This document shows, in pieces, positions 23,801 to 37,710 of a DNA stretch of 64,000 nt. The notes below the pieces were generated by a model. That model saw only the letters and a list, made by a program, of their open reading frames with translations. It did not search any database and was not told the origin of the DNA. This stretch comes from Daphnia carinata (taxonomy: Eukaryota). Position 1 is the first letter of the stretch. Every line of letters begins with the position of its first letter. The position numbers and the translations under genes were made by a program. The stretch spans positions 8,246,001-8,310,000 of the forward strand of contig NC_081331.1 of assembly GCF_022539665.2 (NCBI RefSeq). The letters run 5' to 3'.

Positions 23801-26800
23801 GTACCATGTCCGCCCTGATGAACCAGCGTCAATTTCTTCTTTGGATAGTTTTCGAGCATGTTTAAAATTTAAGTGTCGATAACTCCTTTGTAAATTTCGG
23901 CCAATTTTTTATCCTTGTAAAATTTCCTTTCGAAACAAGCGAGGCGGCGTTGCGCTGCAAGGAAGTTGTTGGGTAAAGCCGGATCGTCCAGCTTCCACAG
24001 TAGGCAGTAGACAGTAGGCCTGATTCATAGCGTTCGCCGTTATGTTTTGTTGTTTCCTTCAAGATTTTCCACACCCTTTCATCTTCCATGCTGACCGGTT
24101 CGGCGACGTTTGGTTTCGTTCCAAAGGTGTCGAGTTCAATGAATTGTTGTATGAATGTGTCACATCGGTCGTCGACTAGGATTCCATGAAGTTCCCTTTA
24201 CCGTTACCGGAACGCGCCGTTGTTCCAGCAATACACCATCCAAAAGCAGTGAGGTAAGCACAGGGGGCTCGTTGGTGATACGGAACTTTTCGGATTTCGA
24301 ATATCTCGTTCGCTGCCGGATGATCTTGACCGATCAGAATGGCGACGTCTTGGTCGAGCACAGAGTGTATGGGCACATGAGCGAGGTGCGGCCATTTCTC
24401 TGCGAGGTTGGTCAGATCGATCGACCTTCTGTTTAACTGAAAGGTGTCCATAACGTGCGCGCCCACAACGTTAAAAGAGTAGAGGCCATCCAACGAAGCG
24501 ATGTCAAACTCGACTATTTTGTGATCCGTCGGTCGACCTATTCCGTCGACTGGTGTTGTCACAAGTCTTTCAACGCGACCTTCCAACCCGAGGAGTTCCG
24601 CAATTCGTTTCTTTATAACGGAGATCTCGCTGCCACCGTCGAGGAGCGCAAATAGCCGAACTTCCTTTCCGTTAGCTCGGACAAATACTGGGACGATCAG
24701 CAACAAAATTCGTCTAGTCGATCCCATGGCAACTGATCCGGAAAATCCGGCTTCCTTTGGTTTATCCCACTTCGGGAACATTCTGGGAGCTCCATGTAGC
24801 AGCGGATGATGAACCCCGTCACAATTAGCCTGGCTGCATTTTTCGTTGCATCGACATTCTCGGCTGAGGTGATCTCGGCCTAAGCAACGGAACAGGCATT
24901 GCATTCCTTTGCAATGGCAGCTCTCTTCTCGACCGGGACTGCCTTGAACTGCCTACAGTCCTTCAGGTGATGATAATGTATGGATTTGGATCCTGGACAT
25001 TTTTCTGGTCCGATCGTTTTTTCTGGTGACTCTCGATCGATCCGGCTCTGATTGAATGCTCAGCCATGGCGATTCCATCGAGCCATTTGTCCAGGTCTTC
25101 TACCGTAGATAACTGGGGTTGCATAGACCAGCTTTTTTCTCCCCGTCGACTTCTTAATGCAGGGTGTAGTTTGGAGACAAGTTGTGAAAGAGTAGCGTTG
25201 CTGTGGAGTTCCATGCCGTATCCACCAAGTCTCAACGTGGCCACAACGAAATGAAAGTCGGCCGAAAAGGCACGCAGGGCTTTGTAATCATTGTCCCTGA
25301 ACGATTGCAATTTTAGTAGAGATGATGTTCAAGCTTGCGAAACGATCTGAGGGTTCCCGTAGCGTTTGTGGAGTTCACTTAGAGCGCGTCGGTAAAACCA
25401 TGGCGTCTGGCGTGTAAACCCGCGATGAATCGAGAGATACTTGCGGAGGAGCTAGTGGAATTGGGGGCCCGGTAAGTATAAGGGTGGAGCCATTACATTG
25501 CTCGGGAACGGGAGCGAAGTTGGTTGTGGCGTGCCACCATTTTCCAATGAAGATGGAATGAAAGTGTTTTCCAAAGAAGATTGGAAATGAATGGCGTTAA
25601 TCTTCATGCGTTCGTTGGGGGTTGATTTGTGGTGTACTCGTTGCATGAGTTGATACAGATGGGAGCATACCAGCTCCTATAGTAGGCATCGTAGTAGAAG
25701 GGTAGGTGAAACTGCCCGTCGTCGGCAATGAGGCTCTTTGATTGGACGGGATGGAAGCAGGCTTGCTTGGAGTGAGGACACTGATAGCTCTAGCTGCAAG
25801 CCCACGGACTTGATTGAGAACTCCGCCGGCGACAGAAGTCATAGCGATCGTGGAATGATCGGGGTTTGACGGCGTGAAGAGTCTAGTAGGCGTTAAAGAC
25901 TTCGGAATACTGGAGCCGATTGAAGGTGTCATCATCGTTTGCGTAGGGACGGCACTTTGAGTAGCTGGTAAGCCGATTGCGGTAGACCTAACGGTCGACG
26001 TTTGGCTATGTGGATATGCCGACCAAATTGAAGAAGGAGCGGTGACCTCAGAAGATACGCTCGTGATGGGTAGCATCGGTGTCTGTTCGGGCGGATCCTG
26101 TTCTCCGTCAGTCTGTTCGTTCAATTGCCTTTTCAAGATGGCGCCGGAAAGCCGTTGAAGCTCAGTTTGGTCGCGGAGTTCTCGTTGTTGTCGATTAGCA
26201 GCGACTTGTCGTTGGTGGTCTTCAACTTGCCTTAAAGTGACATCTTCAGCGGCCCTACGAACCACTTCGTCTTGGGCGCTTTGAAGTATGAATTCAGCTT
26301 CCTTCTGCGGTCATTCGGCTTCTTGTATTTTTGCGCGAGCGGATGACACGCTGGAATGGTGTGAGGACGATACTGAAGCGGACGATCGGGCTGGAAGCCT
26401 AGCCAAATAATCGTCGCACGTAGTCAACAGAGCTTGATGTTCGCACACTACCGCTTGCAGCCAAAGTTGTTCGCCAGCGATGGCCTCAGACGAAGCATCT
26501 GGGGCGAAAAACTGTAGAAAACGGTCGTGGCGCTCCTCCAATTCATCGTAATCACGAATATACGTGGCTCGTAAAGCGCGGACGGTGTCGCGATCTTCTC
26601 CAACTCGAACGGCCGTCATCTACTTCTTTCCTGATCGGGTGTGGGTTGATTTTCCGGTAGTGCGGAATCTTTTGAGGCGTGCTGGATCGGTGGCAGTTTC
26701 CCAATCGAAATTTGCTTCATCATCTTCATCGATGGCGGGAAGATGAAGAAGGGATTGGGCGATGACGGTGTACAGTAAGGAAACAGAGTGATGAATAACG

Positions 26801-26878
26801 ACGAGATGAACTACGAACTGGACAAACAGTGTTTCGAACGTGGACGATGGAATGATGAGTCTGCCACGCGGGTCAGAC
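20365..26878 (-). mobile_element. BEL/Pao LTR retrotransposon, decayed, 5' LTR missing
   Basis: Gag with CCHC knuckles (FRCLGRDHLSREC...C...HHPLLH), protease ALLDGGSEIS, RT FYVDNW, Pao RNase H LHVFGDASEMGFGAV...TIPRLEL, integrase GVDYFGP / PAAPHFGGAWERLV, DUF5641-like tail; many frameshifts. Confidence 0.95.
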
Positions 26879-28410
26879 CTGTAGTCAAAGGCTCTGCTTA
26901 AAAAACCCACGATTTTTCAATTCTAACATGGTAAAGAGCGCATGTTACTTACTTCCATCAAAGTGTTCTAACAGCAACGTCGAATTTAAAATCGGTACGC
27001 AAAAAACGAACAAGAAAACTTTTGGTTTAAGACGTGGTCACTGAATGGACCTCGGCGTTGGCAATGGTTGCTAGTGTATAGTCGTACTTTAAGGCGTATG
27101 TACAAGACTCTCTTATCACCTCCCATTTATTGTTCAAATTGGAATTTACATGAATGGAGCGGGGAACTCTTTTCTCGGCCTAAGAAACGTTGCGGCCTTT
27201 CAACGAAGTAACAACTGGCCTATCATCCCATTATAACTCGTTGATTTCGGAAATTATTCCTTCCAGTCGATTGGTAAAGAATTTTTTGAATCGGTGAAGG
27301 CAACAGCTTGATTGTATCGTACAAAGCGGAACGGAAATAGTGTCAGCGTGATGCACACTCACTTCAGTATACAAGCAATACGAGTCAATATTGAAGTTTA
27401 TTAGTACAGTTTGTGGCAATGTCTAATCATCGCAATTTTTCTTTCCATTGAGAAGCACACCCTCCGTTGTTCCAACAATGTTTTGGATAAATCTGAGAAT
27501 CGGACAAAGACTCGTTTTACGTTTGGATTTTACGCCATCACGCACCTTAAAGAAAGATTATTGATGAACCTTAAAGGAAGATTATTTCTGATTTTTAATG
27601 TCTGACACTCGCTTATTGATGAAAAATAATGGAATAAAGTGTAATTGAAGATATAGTGGACAATGACGGTTTTGGCATCGTAATTGAGATCTATGGGTTG
27701 AAAAACTGAAATAGTGAAATCGAGATCGCCGAACAAAAATTGTAATTAAAATCCATGTTTGGCTACGGCTCGTAACACTAATTTTTATTATTTGATCCTA
27801 CTAAATAACTATTTTTTTCTCCCGTAGCCTAGCGGGCCTACAGAATTTAAAATTGACAGTCAATAGTTCCAACATTGCCGTACCCCGAACATATTTTAAT
27901 TAATAAAAACGAAACTAGTTGAAGAATATTAGACTTGTATATTAATGGTTCTAATTTTATAATCGGCAAAAGTGCTAAATGCATGAGTTTGGTAGTTAAT
28001 TTCATTAATAGTTTTTCAGCCGCCATTTCTTTAAATGTTAGCATATCGTATCAGTTCGCACCGAAGAAAAGCACCGAATTGATCTGTTTCACGGGGGCCG
28101 AACCAGATCGGCCATTGCTGGAATAGAACGGATCGGTTTACCCGAATGCGATCGATCTCTACTATGCCTCTAGTCCAAATTTTTTATTCAGCAAAACATG
28201 AAGTGGCAACACTGTTCAAAGTAATTTCAATCTAAAATCGTATGAATAACGTGATATTATATTCTAAACGCCTCTTTCAAAAATAATCTCCTCCTTCCGC
28301 AAATGGCGTGCTCAGAATCAAGTGTTGAGTATTTACACGAGCTTTTCTCCACATCAAATATTTTGCCAGAAGATCCAGCTTTAGTTCTATTTGAAAATAA
28401 CCATGGAAGA
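26879..28410 (+). repeat. Copy 2 of ~1.5-kb direct duplication
   Basis: Matches 18824-20364; continues into the intact MFS gene. Confidence 0.95.
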
Positions 28411-31400
28411 ACTAGCCCTAACCACTGGACAACAATGAGTGACACATTGATAGTCTCGCCAGCAGCGGGTCGAACTGTTTTGGACGTTATTGTTTGCAGT
28501 GGTATTGACGCTCCGAAATATGCTATTTCTGATTGCCAAACCTTGGCGATGAAGAGTGGAACAGGAATCAGATCCCAATCAGTATCAAATCTAACTGACA
28601 AGAAACTTTGCCACTCTGATGAAGAAATTTTACAATTAAAAAACAAATTCCTGCTTCTTGCTGAATTAAGAAACAGGAGATTTTTCCGGCTGCTGGAGGA
28701 AAACCAAAAATGGACACTTGCTCTTGTATGTGCTGTCTATTTCTTCTGTTACTCTGCAATATCTATGCTTTCACCGTTCTTCCTAAAGGTAAGTTAGACT
28801 GATACTCTTACTGAAAAGTTAAAAGTACTATTTTGCTGTACTGTTTTGACCCCATTCAAGATAGCAGTTTTGCATAACATTTCCACAAGCACATATGGTA
28901 TAAAACCCACCTTTAATTTTATAGCTGATTGTTGTGAAACCAGGCTTGGGTTTTGGGTTTTGTATTTAGGTTTGATTTTCAGTATTCATCCTGCTGTAGT
29001 GTTCTGTACATCCCCTTTTATTGGTCATATCACACCTTCCCTTGGACCAAAATTTACCTTTATTTCAGGTATCTGTGTGGAGAAGCAATACTAAGCAGTA
29101 ACATAGAGTTAAAATACAAAACAAATAACAGGTGTCTTCCTCTGTGGAAGTTGCAATGTGCTGTTTGGAACACTTGAATATGTCCAGGACGACACCCAGT
29201 TTACTGTACTCTGTTTTATTATAAGAGGATTGGGAGCTGTTGGAGCCGCAGCATTCTCGACAGCTGGAGCCACCTACGTTGCAAACATGTTCCCCGATAA
29301 AGTCAGCGTAATTATGGTACGGGGTGGAATTGTCTCATCTAAGCAGTTGTGTCCCAGCACCTTATAAATTCTTTATGAAAACTTGTAATAGGGTACATTG
29401 GAAACGTGTATTGGCTTGGGATTTTCGATTGGACCGTGCGTTCATCTGTTTAATATCCTATATTTAAATCTTTTTTGTCCAAATTTCATTAAAATTTTTT
29501 TTTTTTAGACTAATCGGAGGTAAGGTTTGACAGCTTTGGTTTGTTGAAAAACCTATTGGAATTCATATGTTCTTTAAGGAGCCCTATTCACGTTAGGAGG
29601 CTTTCAGCTTCCATTCTACGTTATGGGTTCGGTAATGCTTCTGACGTTACCATTTACTTTTCATATCCTACCAAAAATGGGACATATTAATAACAATGGA
29701 CATCACGGAACAAAATTGTTAACAATTTTCAAAATACCTGCTGCCTCGATTGTTTGTTTAGTAATTGTTGTATCGTCAAGCGCTTGGAGTGTTTTGGAGC
29801 CAACTTTGGTTATCCATATGGAGCAGGTGACAACGTATAGTTTCTGTTTGGCCTACGTTTGTTAGAGCAACCTGAATGATCTGGCAACTAACTGTACAGC
29901 TTCTTCGCTTGAATTTCAGCTTGCTCCTATGCGACTTGGACTTCTATTTCTTGTCACGTCATTCAGTTATGCCATTTTTAGTCCGTTTTGGGGCTGGCTA
30001 GTTGGCAAATATGACCACGAAAATTTAATGATGATAGTGGGTTTGTCGGCTACTGCAATTAGTTTGCTATTACTGGGACCTTCTCCTGTTTTACCGGAAC
30101 TTCCTAAGTAATTTCTTCTCGCAATAATAGAATATTTTCACCCAATTTTTTTCCCATCAATCCATCGAAAATCAACTAATGGTAACGTGCCCACACAAAG
30201 TCAAAATTTTTTTTGTGCAGTGCAGTGCAATGTTTCGCTGTCTGATTAATCCTTTCATTTTTTTTAAGCCCATTTAGCATTCTGTTAATCCAATCTTTAT
30301 AGAATAAAAATTTCGAATAAGAATAGAGAACCAGATATTTAATTCTTTATTCGCTGAATAAATTTGGTGTCAGCCTATTCATTATCTATTATCAAAACTA
30401 ATAAGTTTTGAGCTCTGGCTTTTTTCTTATTCGATAAGCCAATCTCGAATAAATGTTGAATACGATTGTGAATATCTTACGCTCTGAGTGGGTTACACCG
30501 CATTTGAAAGGTAAACTAGAACAGACTAACGGCATTTTTCGTATGCAAATGGCACCTTTTTTTGTCCTTTTTAGTTCTACTCCATTCGTTTTCAAAAATT
30601 AATGAAGTTGAGTATTTTACTTTATGGAAACATTGGCTTGCTATTAGTAATGGCTTTCTTAATAACTTTTTTTATCGAATCCGCGTTTCGTTACAAAAAA
30701 GTTTTAGCGTTTATACCTCTGATAAACATAACCGAAGTCTTTCGTTCATTTGCAAGTAAGAACTTTGTTTCGAAAACCGACAATATCTGGTGTTCACATC
30801 ATTCCCACCCTTGCAGCTTAGCAAAAGTAATAGAAGAGATGAAGAGAACCTCGAGAGATAGAGCAGTGTGCGTAAACAACTGGAAACTTCTCCTTTTTAG
30901 CTTCTTACACATTGGGAAAACCGAATATAGGACTGTATGCAGATGTAGCTGACCATAAATGCATTGCAAAAAAAAAAAAAAATTAATACTCCTTGAGATA
31001 GCACGAGCACAAGTTCATTGACGATGGATTGATTCTTGTATATTGATATCTATTTAACGAATTCTTTTTTTTTATTGGTTGCATATTTTAAGGTTATTAT
31101 GGCTTGACATCTTATCCCTTTTTCTGATCGGTGTATTTGTAGCCATGGCATACGTGCCAACTTACCAGGCTTTGCTCGGATATGCCATGTAATTAAAGCT
31201 TATGGTTGAGGTTTATTTTTAACAATCATTATAAATGATTTTTCATGGTTTGTTTTGTTTTGTTTTTCCAGACAAGTAGGCTGCAACACGGAACTGAGTA
31301 CGTATAGTGCCATTGCTGGTTTATGGGCATCCATGTATTCCTTGGGGTAAGAAATTAATGTCCCAACTACTTTGCATTTCTGAACTTTTTTTGTGATCAT

Positions 31401-31703
31401 TTGGAAAGAGAGGTCTTAGGTCCATGCGTCGGCAGTATAATAGTTGACGTGTATGATTTTCCCATGGCTATGACAACTTTTGGATTACTCAATTTGGCGG
31501 TAGCACTATTATTGCTGTGCAATCAGGTGTGCGCGGCCATTTGGTCGAAACAAAATGTGTCCAATATGCAACTTCTGTTATCCAATAACGATACTCCCAA
31601 CATCTCGCAAGTTGGACCTGCGGACCCCGCTATCGCCATTGATGAAGAAGAAAAGCTAATTTTCCGGAAAGATACAAGTCAGACATACGGCACAGCATGC
31701 TAA
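28303..31703 (+). CDS. SLC18B1: MFS transporter, SLC18B1-like (multi-exon)
   Basis: Spliced exons give YSAISMLSPFF, GLIFSIHPAVVF, IIRGLGAVGAAAFSTA, GTLETCIGLGFSIGPLIGGALFTLGGFQLPF, LEPTL, LLLLGPSP, GLWASMYSLGEVLGP; canonical GT-AG introns; stop at 31701-31703. Confidence 0.85.
30290..30480. repeat. ATTCG/CGAATA-rich TE remnant in the long MFS intron
   Basis: CGAATAAG/TTATTCG motifs like the 1939-2343 MITE; this intron (~30108-31092) is far longer than the gene's others. Confidence 0.35.
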
Positions 31704-32938
31704 TGTAAAAAGCGTTTCTTCCTTAAGAAATCTTTGTCGGAAAAACCTCTAAGTCTGCGTGACTAAGAAAGCGTAACCAATATTCTGCATTGGTTGAATA
31801 GCGCAGTCCCTTTCATATAGTTGATTTTTATTCTGTCCCGTGAGTCCCGAATCGCAATCTTCTTTTGTTTGAAGCAAAACGATTTTTTTAGATACAACCA
31901 AACATCTGATGCAATACACAGTAGACGAACAACTCAAAGAACAACAATTGTGAGAACATCGGGTACTGTACCTTTAACGGGTAACATCATAGAAGAAGGG
32001 GAAAAGCTAGCGGGTTAATGAATCGCTATGATGACGAACCCAAGGGCTAAATCGATGGGCAGCAACTAAAAAACTTTAAATTATTCCGGTTGCGCTAACA
32101 AAAAGAAATGGTAGTACCCCAAACGAATCGAAACAACAATTTGAAATGATTTTTGAATGAAATTTGTAGACCAGTTGATGGGCCGCATCCTCTTGAAAAG
32201 CTACCGCAAAACCTTTAAATAAAATGTTATCAACTTAATGATTAAAAACTTAATGTTGTTTCAAATGTAAATAAAGATTTATGAATGCAATAAAATACAA
32301 ATTTTTAAAAATTTGCTGTATAGAACATACTTTTTTTTTACGCATACCAAAATTCATTTGCTACATACAAACTTGTAACTTATCTAACTCAATGTGTAAA
32401 GGAGACCGTGCGTAGTACTTTCGCGTCCGCGTTCTAAATGGTGGATAAGTTGAATTCGGATTAAATGCTACACGTCGCTGTGACTAAACCAAAATCCTCT
32501 CCTCTTCCAGAATAGTATTAAATTGATGGCCCGTACGTGACCTTCATTAATAATTCTCGGGAGCAAATTTTAGTTTTTGGCTTAGTTAGGGGCATGCAAA
32601 CCCCATATTAGTCATATTTATTTTTGCCTTCTGTGTTCAAGACACACTCCCATATAACGCCGGTGCATTTACTTTTTTTTTCATTGCAAGCTGTACTGGA
32701 TTATGACGAATGCCACATTTGTCGCCACTGATTGTCACTATTCTTCTATAGTTGGTGAAAAGTAATGTCGACGTGAATCGACAGAACAAAGCTACGCAGT
32801 AGTATACGAGAAAACAAAAACCAAGAATTTCAGATGTTTTTTTTAAATTAATTTTATTATCAATTTCTTCATTTCACAGACAAAGATTTGCAATGATAAA
32901 ATTTAGGCGAGTTTCATCGCAACGCCGTCAATGAAACC

Positions 32939-35692
32939 TTACTTCTTCTTCAAAGATAATTCCATGAATTCCTTCAAGAAATCGTTTTCTTTCTTCATTT
33001 TATCCAGTTGATTCAATTCCAATTTTTTTCCAGCAGATTGCTGAGCTTTCAGTTGGGCAATCTGATCGAGCTTCTACAGGTTGAATTAGTTAAAGTGTTA
33101 AAGCCATCCGTTCGTACAAATAACTGAATTTTTTTCAAAAGCATTGCTTCGTATCAGTTCGATTTAAAATACCTTTTTAAGATCCCTCAATTTTTTGTCG
33201 ACTGTCTCGTCTCCAGTGAGTTCTAGGTGGACACTTGAGTTAACTGTTATTTCTACGCCAGGGAGGTTTTCGGAAGGTAACTCTTTTGCTTTTTCTGCAG
33301 CTGCTGCTTTCTTCATCTTTCGTTCGTGGCGTACGTTTGGTTTTGTCTTATTCGGTGCTACTCCAACTAAATAAAAAAAAAAAAAAAATACTTAATTTGA
33401 AAAACAAAAGGTTGTGATAAGATATCCATACTAGGCTTCGCGGCCCTAGGGTTCGACGGAGGTTCTCTTTCTTCCAAAAATTTTAGAATAGCGCTTGTTC
33501 CTCGAGCACCAGGAGGACGGTAAAGTTCCTTCGAGACTAGAAGGAAAAAGACGATAAAGAAAAGTAAGCGTTCGAGAATATTGTGTAAACGCCAATATTA
33601 ATAAAAAAGAACTCTAACTATAATAGACCTTGAGGTTGGGACGGTTTAATGCCCAAAACTTTTTTGTTTGAAATCTTAAATTCTTTCAGGTCACTATCTG
33701 GTACAGGCTGCCACATTGCTTCCCAAAGCTCATTGGGTGGCTCGATGTTGTGTTCAAATAGCAATCCACCGCTATAGTGCCAAATCTTAAAACTGTAGTA
33801 CGAATATTCCATTGGTTTACTCAGATAACCGAAGCAGCATATTTGTGGAATATTACCCGTTGCTCACCCGAAGTCTTGGAGCAGTTGTAGAAGTCATAAA
33901 GTGTTGTCCATCTGGACTCCATTGCAAATGGGTTGTGTCAGGCGCATCCATGGGTGTTATAAGCTTAAACGACTCTACGTCCCAAATTTCTATCTTGCCC
34001 TGAAGATTGCCGAAACCACCAAGAAGAAGCAGTGCAGATAACTGGTTAAGGCGGCAACAAAACGTACACATTTTAAAATATTAAATAAATTATTCATAAA
34101 AAGGATATTGTTTCCTAAAGGGTTAAAAAAGCCTGAATTGCGTGGGCCAGTCCCAAAGTCAAACTTTGGCTCGCACTTCAAATCGAATAAGGTCGCTTTC
34201 GCTGGCATGAATCCGTAAATGACGCAAAACTCGTTGCCTTTCGGATTCCATTCAACCGAATATATCGGTCCGTCTTTGGCTAAAGATTAAGATTTGCATG
34301 TTCAAAAGATATGAAGTAGGACGATGCTTTTGTGCAATTGTTACATAGCTGGACCATTGCTGATGTGCCTTTTACATCAAGAAAGTGTAAGGTCTGTTTT
34401 CCGTAGTACGAGGCACCTGTAGAGTCGACATCGGTTGAAGTCATCAACAATACGCAATTGCCTGGTTTATTCCACTTCATGTCAACTCGATCGCCTTGAA
34501 AAAAACTCTTGGAAGCAATTAAGCCGCTTGCGTTGAGACTTGGATATTTGAACAACTTGGCAAATGAAGGCTGGCCTTTCGTCCCTGCAAATAAAGAAAT
34601 TTAAAGGAATCATAATGAGACGCTTCCCAGTATGTAAAATAGTTTTTCAATTTTAAATTTGCCTTTGCCTTTACTCACCTTGAACGTAACAAAGGAAGAA
34701 ATAAGGGGCACAGAGTGGTGACATTGAAAAGTCAGCAATTTTCATCGTTGACTCCGACCTCTGGTTGATGGAATCCATTTTGTCAACTTCATATACTTGA
34801 AGCTCAAGATTTAGATTGCGCGCTAAAAGTTTTTCATCCTTGCTCCAGGATGGCTCCCTTTGCCAACATTGGCGTCAATTCAGCAAATAACGGAAAAAAA
34901 TGAAAGAAAAAATTAGTAAATGAGTAGCTCATTGGTTGATATAAACTTTTATCTGCTTACCATTTAGAATGATTTTTTTGAACATAGGATTTTACAGACT
35001 GCTTGGTCTTAAGATTCCAAATATTCAGGTTTGGCGTATTGACAGGAATATCCTTTGTAACTAAAACAAAACAGAATTTTTGAAGGCCAGTAAATTGAAA
35101 AATAAAATAAAATAGCACAAAGCAAATTAAAATGCTCAAGAAACCTTGATATGGCTCCCACGTCATAAGATAATTTCCCTTTGGAGAAAACTGTAATCCT
35201 GAAGTTTTAGGCTTTTCAAATTGAGCCAATAAGCTCCATGTTGAGGTTTCAACAACATTCACCCTATAAGTCATGAAAATATCTAATTATGAAAGTACTG
35301 TGTGAGGGACTCAAAATGTTCCTTGTAGATTTTTAAGAACAATATAAGAAATTTAATATGTGCTTGCTATATATATGCAATATAGGAAATTTAATATGTG
35401 AACCCTTCATGAAGAAACCCAGTGGTGCTAAAAATTTTTCGGCTTACATCACTCCATTAGCCCATGCTAGGTATTTTCCATCCATGCTCCACACTGCCAG
35501 CCTGCATGTTTTGCTGGATTCATGTTTAAAACCTTCAACAGGTTGAAATAGAGACCCATCAAATACTTGAACCCCATGAGTTCCTCGACCTAAAAGTTAT
35601 GTTTTTAGTCGCAAACCTATTTACTGAACTTCCGAATTTTACATAATAAACTTACATGAAATAAAAGCGGTGGATTTGGAATTGCTCGTCAT
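32939..35692 (-). CDS. eIF2A: Eukaryotic translation initiation factor 2A (WD40 beta-propeller), multi-exon
   Basis: DVDSTGASYYGKQTLHFL, GFMPAKATLFDLKCEPKFDFGTGPRN, GGFGNLQGKIEIWD, TTAPRLRVSNG, LYRPPGARG, C-terminal DKKLRDLKKKLDQI...GKKLELNQLDK; ATG at 35692, TAA at 32939-32941. Confidence 0.95.
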
Positions 35693-36340
35693 AGTGAAAA
35701 CAAATGGAGACAAATTTGACCAAAGTACTTAAACACTGAAATGCCTCGTGTATTCGGTTTTTCACATTTGAGACAGATAAAAAATTCGTCTGCTACGGAT
35801 ACCTGCGAGTCCGTAAAATGCGGGAGATGGTGTGCTAAAAACGTGTGGCGCTTGAGGTGCTAAACTTCTTAAGTTGGAAGTTTTCCACATAAATAAAAAA
35901 TAATTTTCACAAAAATAACTACGCTGTTCAAACGCAAACACCAGTTTTCAAATTACGTTAGTCAATGGTATAATTTACTGCAATAATTAACCATAACATT
36001 CTGGTAAAAAAAATTTTGCCCAGAGATACAAAAGACCATGAATGAAAACTTGCGGCTCACGGTTCCTGAAGGATACATTAATTTGGTCGTTAATAGGACT
36101 TACAGTGCTCTGTATACTTCATCGCTATGGTGAACGTTAGAGCTATTCTTTTTCAAGTTGTTTTCTGCAGGACGATAGTGCTAGGTATCGGCCACGCGTC
36201 AAACGGGTAGGTTTTTGGACGGTCTGTCGGGTTATGCCAGATTACGGTACGGTTCTTCTAAATTGCGAGAGGATCTGCATACAACCTGATCACAGCTGGC
36301 CATGGCATATGGCAATTTGTCTTATATGGCAATCCATCTA

Positions 36341-36371
<31 letters not shown>

Positions 36372-36515
36372 ATAGAGTTTAAGCCTTCTTCAATTTTGTT
36401 CTATTCTACTTTTTCAATATTTTGCAAGCATTCTAATAAACTTGCGAAAATATGCTGTAGTCCATTTTGCACTGCAGTAATGATGATGAATTAATTTCTA
36501 ATGGTAAAGAAAATG

Positions 36516-36840
36516 ATTGCGTTTTTAAGCTATAATAATATGTATTAATAATATAAACTCGTTACTGGTTTCAGTGGTATTTTATTTCCTTTCCGTTAAT
36601 TAATTTCTAATGCATATTTTTAAGTACTTCCGCATAGTCTTCCATATAGAGATATACTTTCACGGTGATGGTTGTTAGTTGATTGCGTATTTAAGCTACA
36701 AATAATATGTTTAAATAAGATATTAGATAAACTTGTTACTGGTTATTGTCGTATATTATTTTCTTTCCGTTAATGAGATTGTAATTCAGATTTTTATGCA
36801 TTTCCATATAGTCTTCCAAATAGTGATATACTTGCAGAGT
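36516..36840. repeat. Diverged tandem dimer, ~165-bp unit
   Basis: GATTGCGT.TTTAAGCTA...GTTACTGGTT...CATAGTCTTCCA.ATAG.GATATACTT occurs at ~36516 and ~36681. Confidence 0.7.
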
Positions 36841-36959
36841 CTTCAAAAATAGAAAAGATTCAATTATGTTTTAACTGCACATACTTATCAGTTTAATCTG
36901 ACTCTTATAGAGCTAGAATATGTGAATTGTCTACTGGTCTGAACGGTAGATGGCTACGC

Positions 36960-37710
36960 TGTTACGCTCCATCCTGCTTGTGCTATCCGTATCTTCTGTA
37001 TTATGATTTTTGCCACTACTGTGACTGGCTAAATCAGTTCTAGTGGACCAAAGATTTTTAGCACCAGATTGAGTATTTTTTTTTCTTATTGGGTCTTTTA
37101 TTCGTTCGATTTGCTTCCTAAGTTACATTCTCAGGTTTAAAGTTGGACGTGTCTGCTTTAGGATACCAAATTACTCCTAGAGTTTTATTTGTGTCTTCTA
37201 CGATTTCTGCCATTTTTATGGATTTGTCTTGGAACTGTAGTACTTCTTCCAATTGGACCCTTAACTATTTGTTCTTGGGCGTCCATTTTCACCGTTACAT
37301 ATTTTCAAATTTAAATAGCTTCTGAGCTTGCTTTATCAGTCCAACTACCTTACTACGGTTTCCACTCCCCATCCTACCAGTCATCAACAAAACTTTTTTT
37401 TTAAATAGTGCCGTTAGCTCTGAGTAGCTAATTTCACGCTCTTCAAGACATTTTGGAATGGCTAACATTAGAATAAATGGGCTGCTAGATAAACCAAATG
37501 GGGCTCTTTTCCATCTGAACCCCACTATTTTTACTGGTTCTGGCCTCTTGTCTTTTATCCAGAAGCACTTGACAATTTGTCCGTATTTTTTCTGAATTCC
37601 CATCTGAAGGAAGGTTTGTGCTATATCAGCTGTTCAAGCTATTTTGTTTCGCCTGAATCTTCGCAAGACTGCTTCAGGATTAATGCTTGAGACTATTTCC
37701 AATCCCTAGG
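36960..37710 (-). mobile_element. Second BEL/Pao RT relic
   Basis: LRRFRRNKIA*TADIAQTFLQMGI...FRWKRAPFGLSSSPFIL; downstream RKKILNLVLKIFGPLELI resembles the Pao 'KR.ILS...IFDPLG' motif. Confidence 0.7.

Noticed and set aside
18824..28410. The 1.5-kb direct repeats as the LTRs of the BEL element
   Set aside because: They lack TG...CA ends, contain hAT coding sequence and a host exon, and a proper LTR is seen at 20365-20811.
36340..36372. Poly-C/poly-A run (also poly-G at ~42765)
   Set aside because: Simple homopolymers with no supportable function; lengths may be sequencing-dependent.
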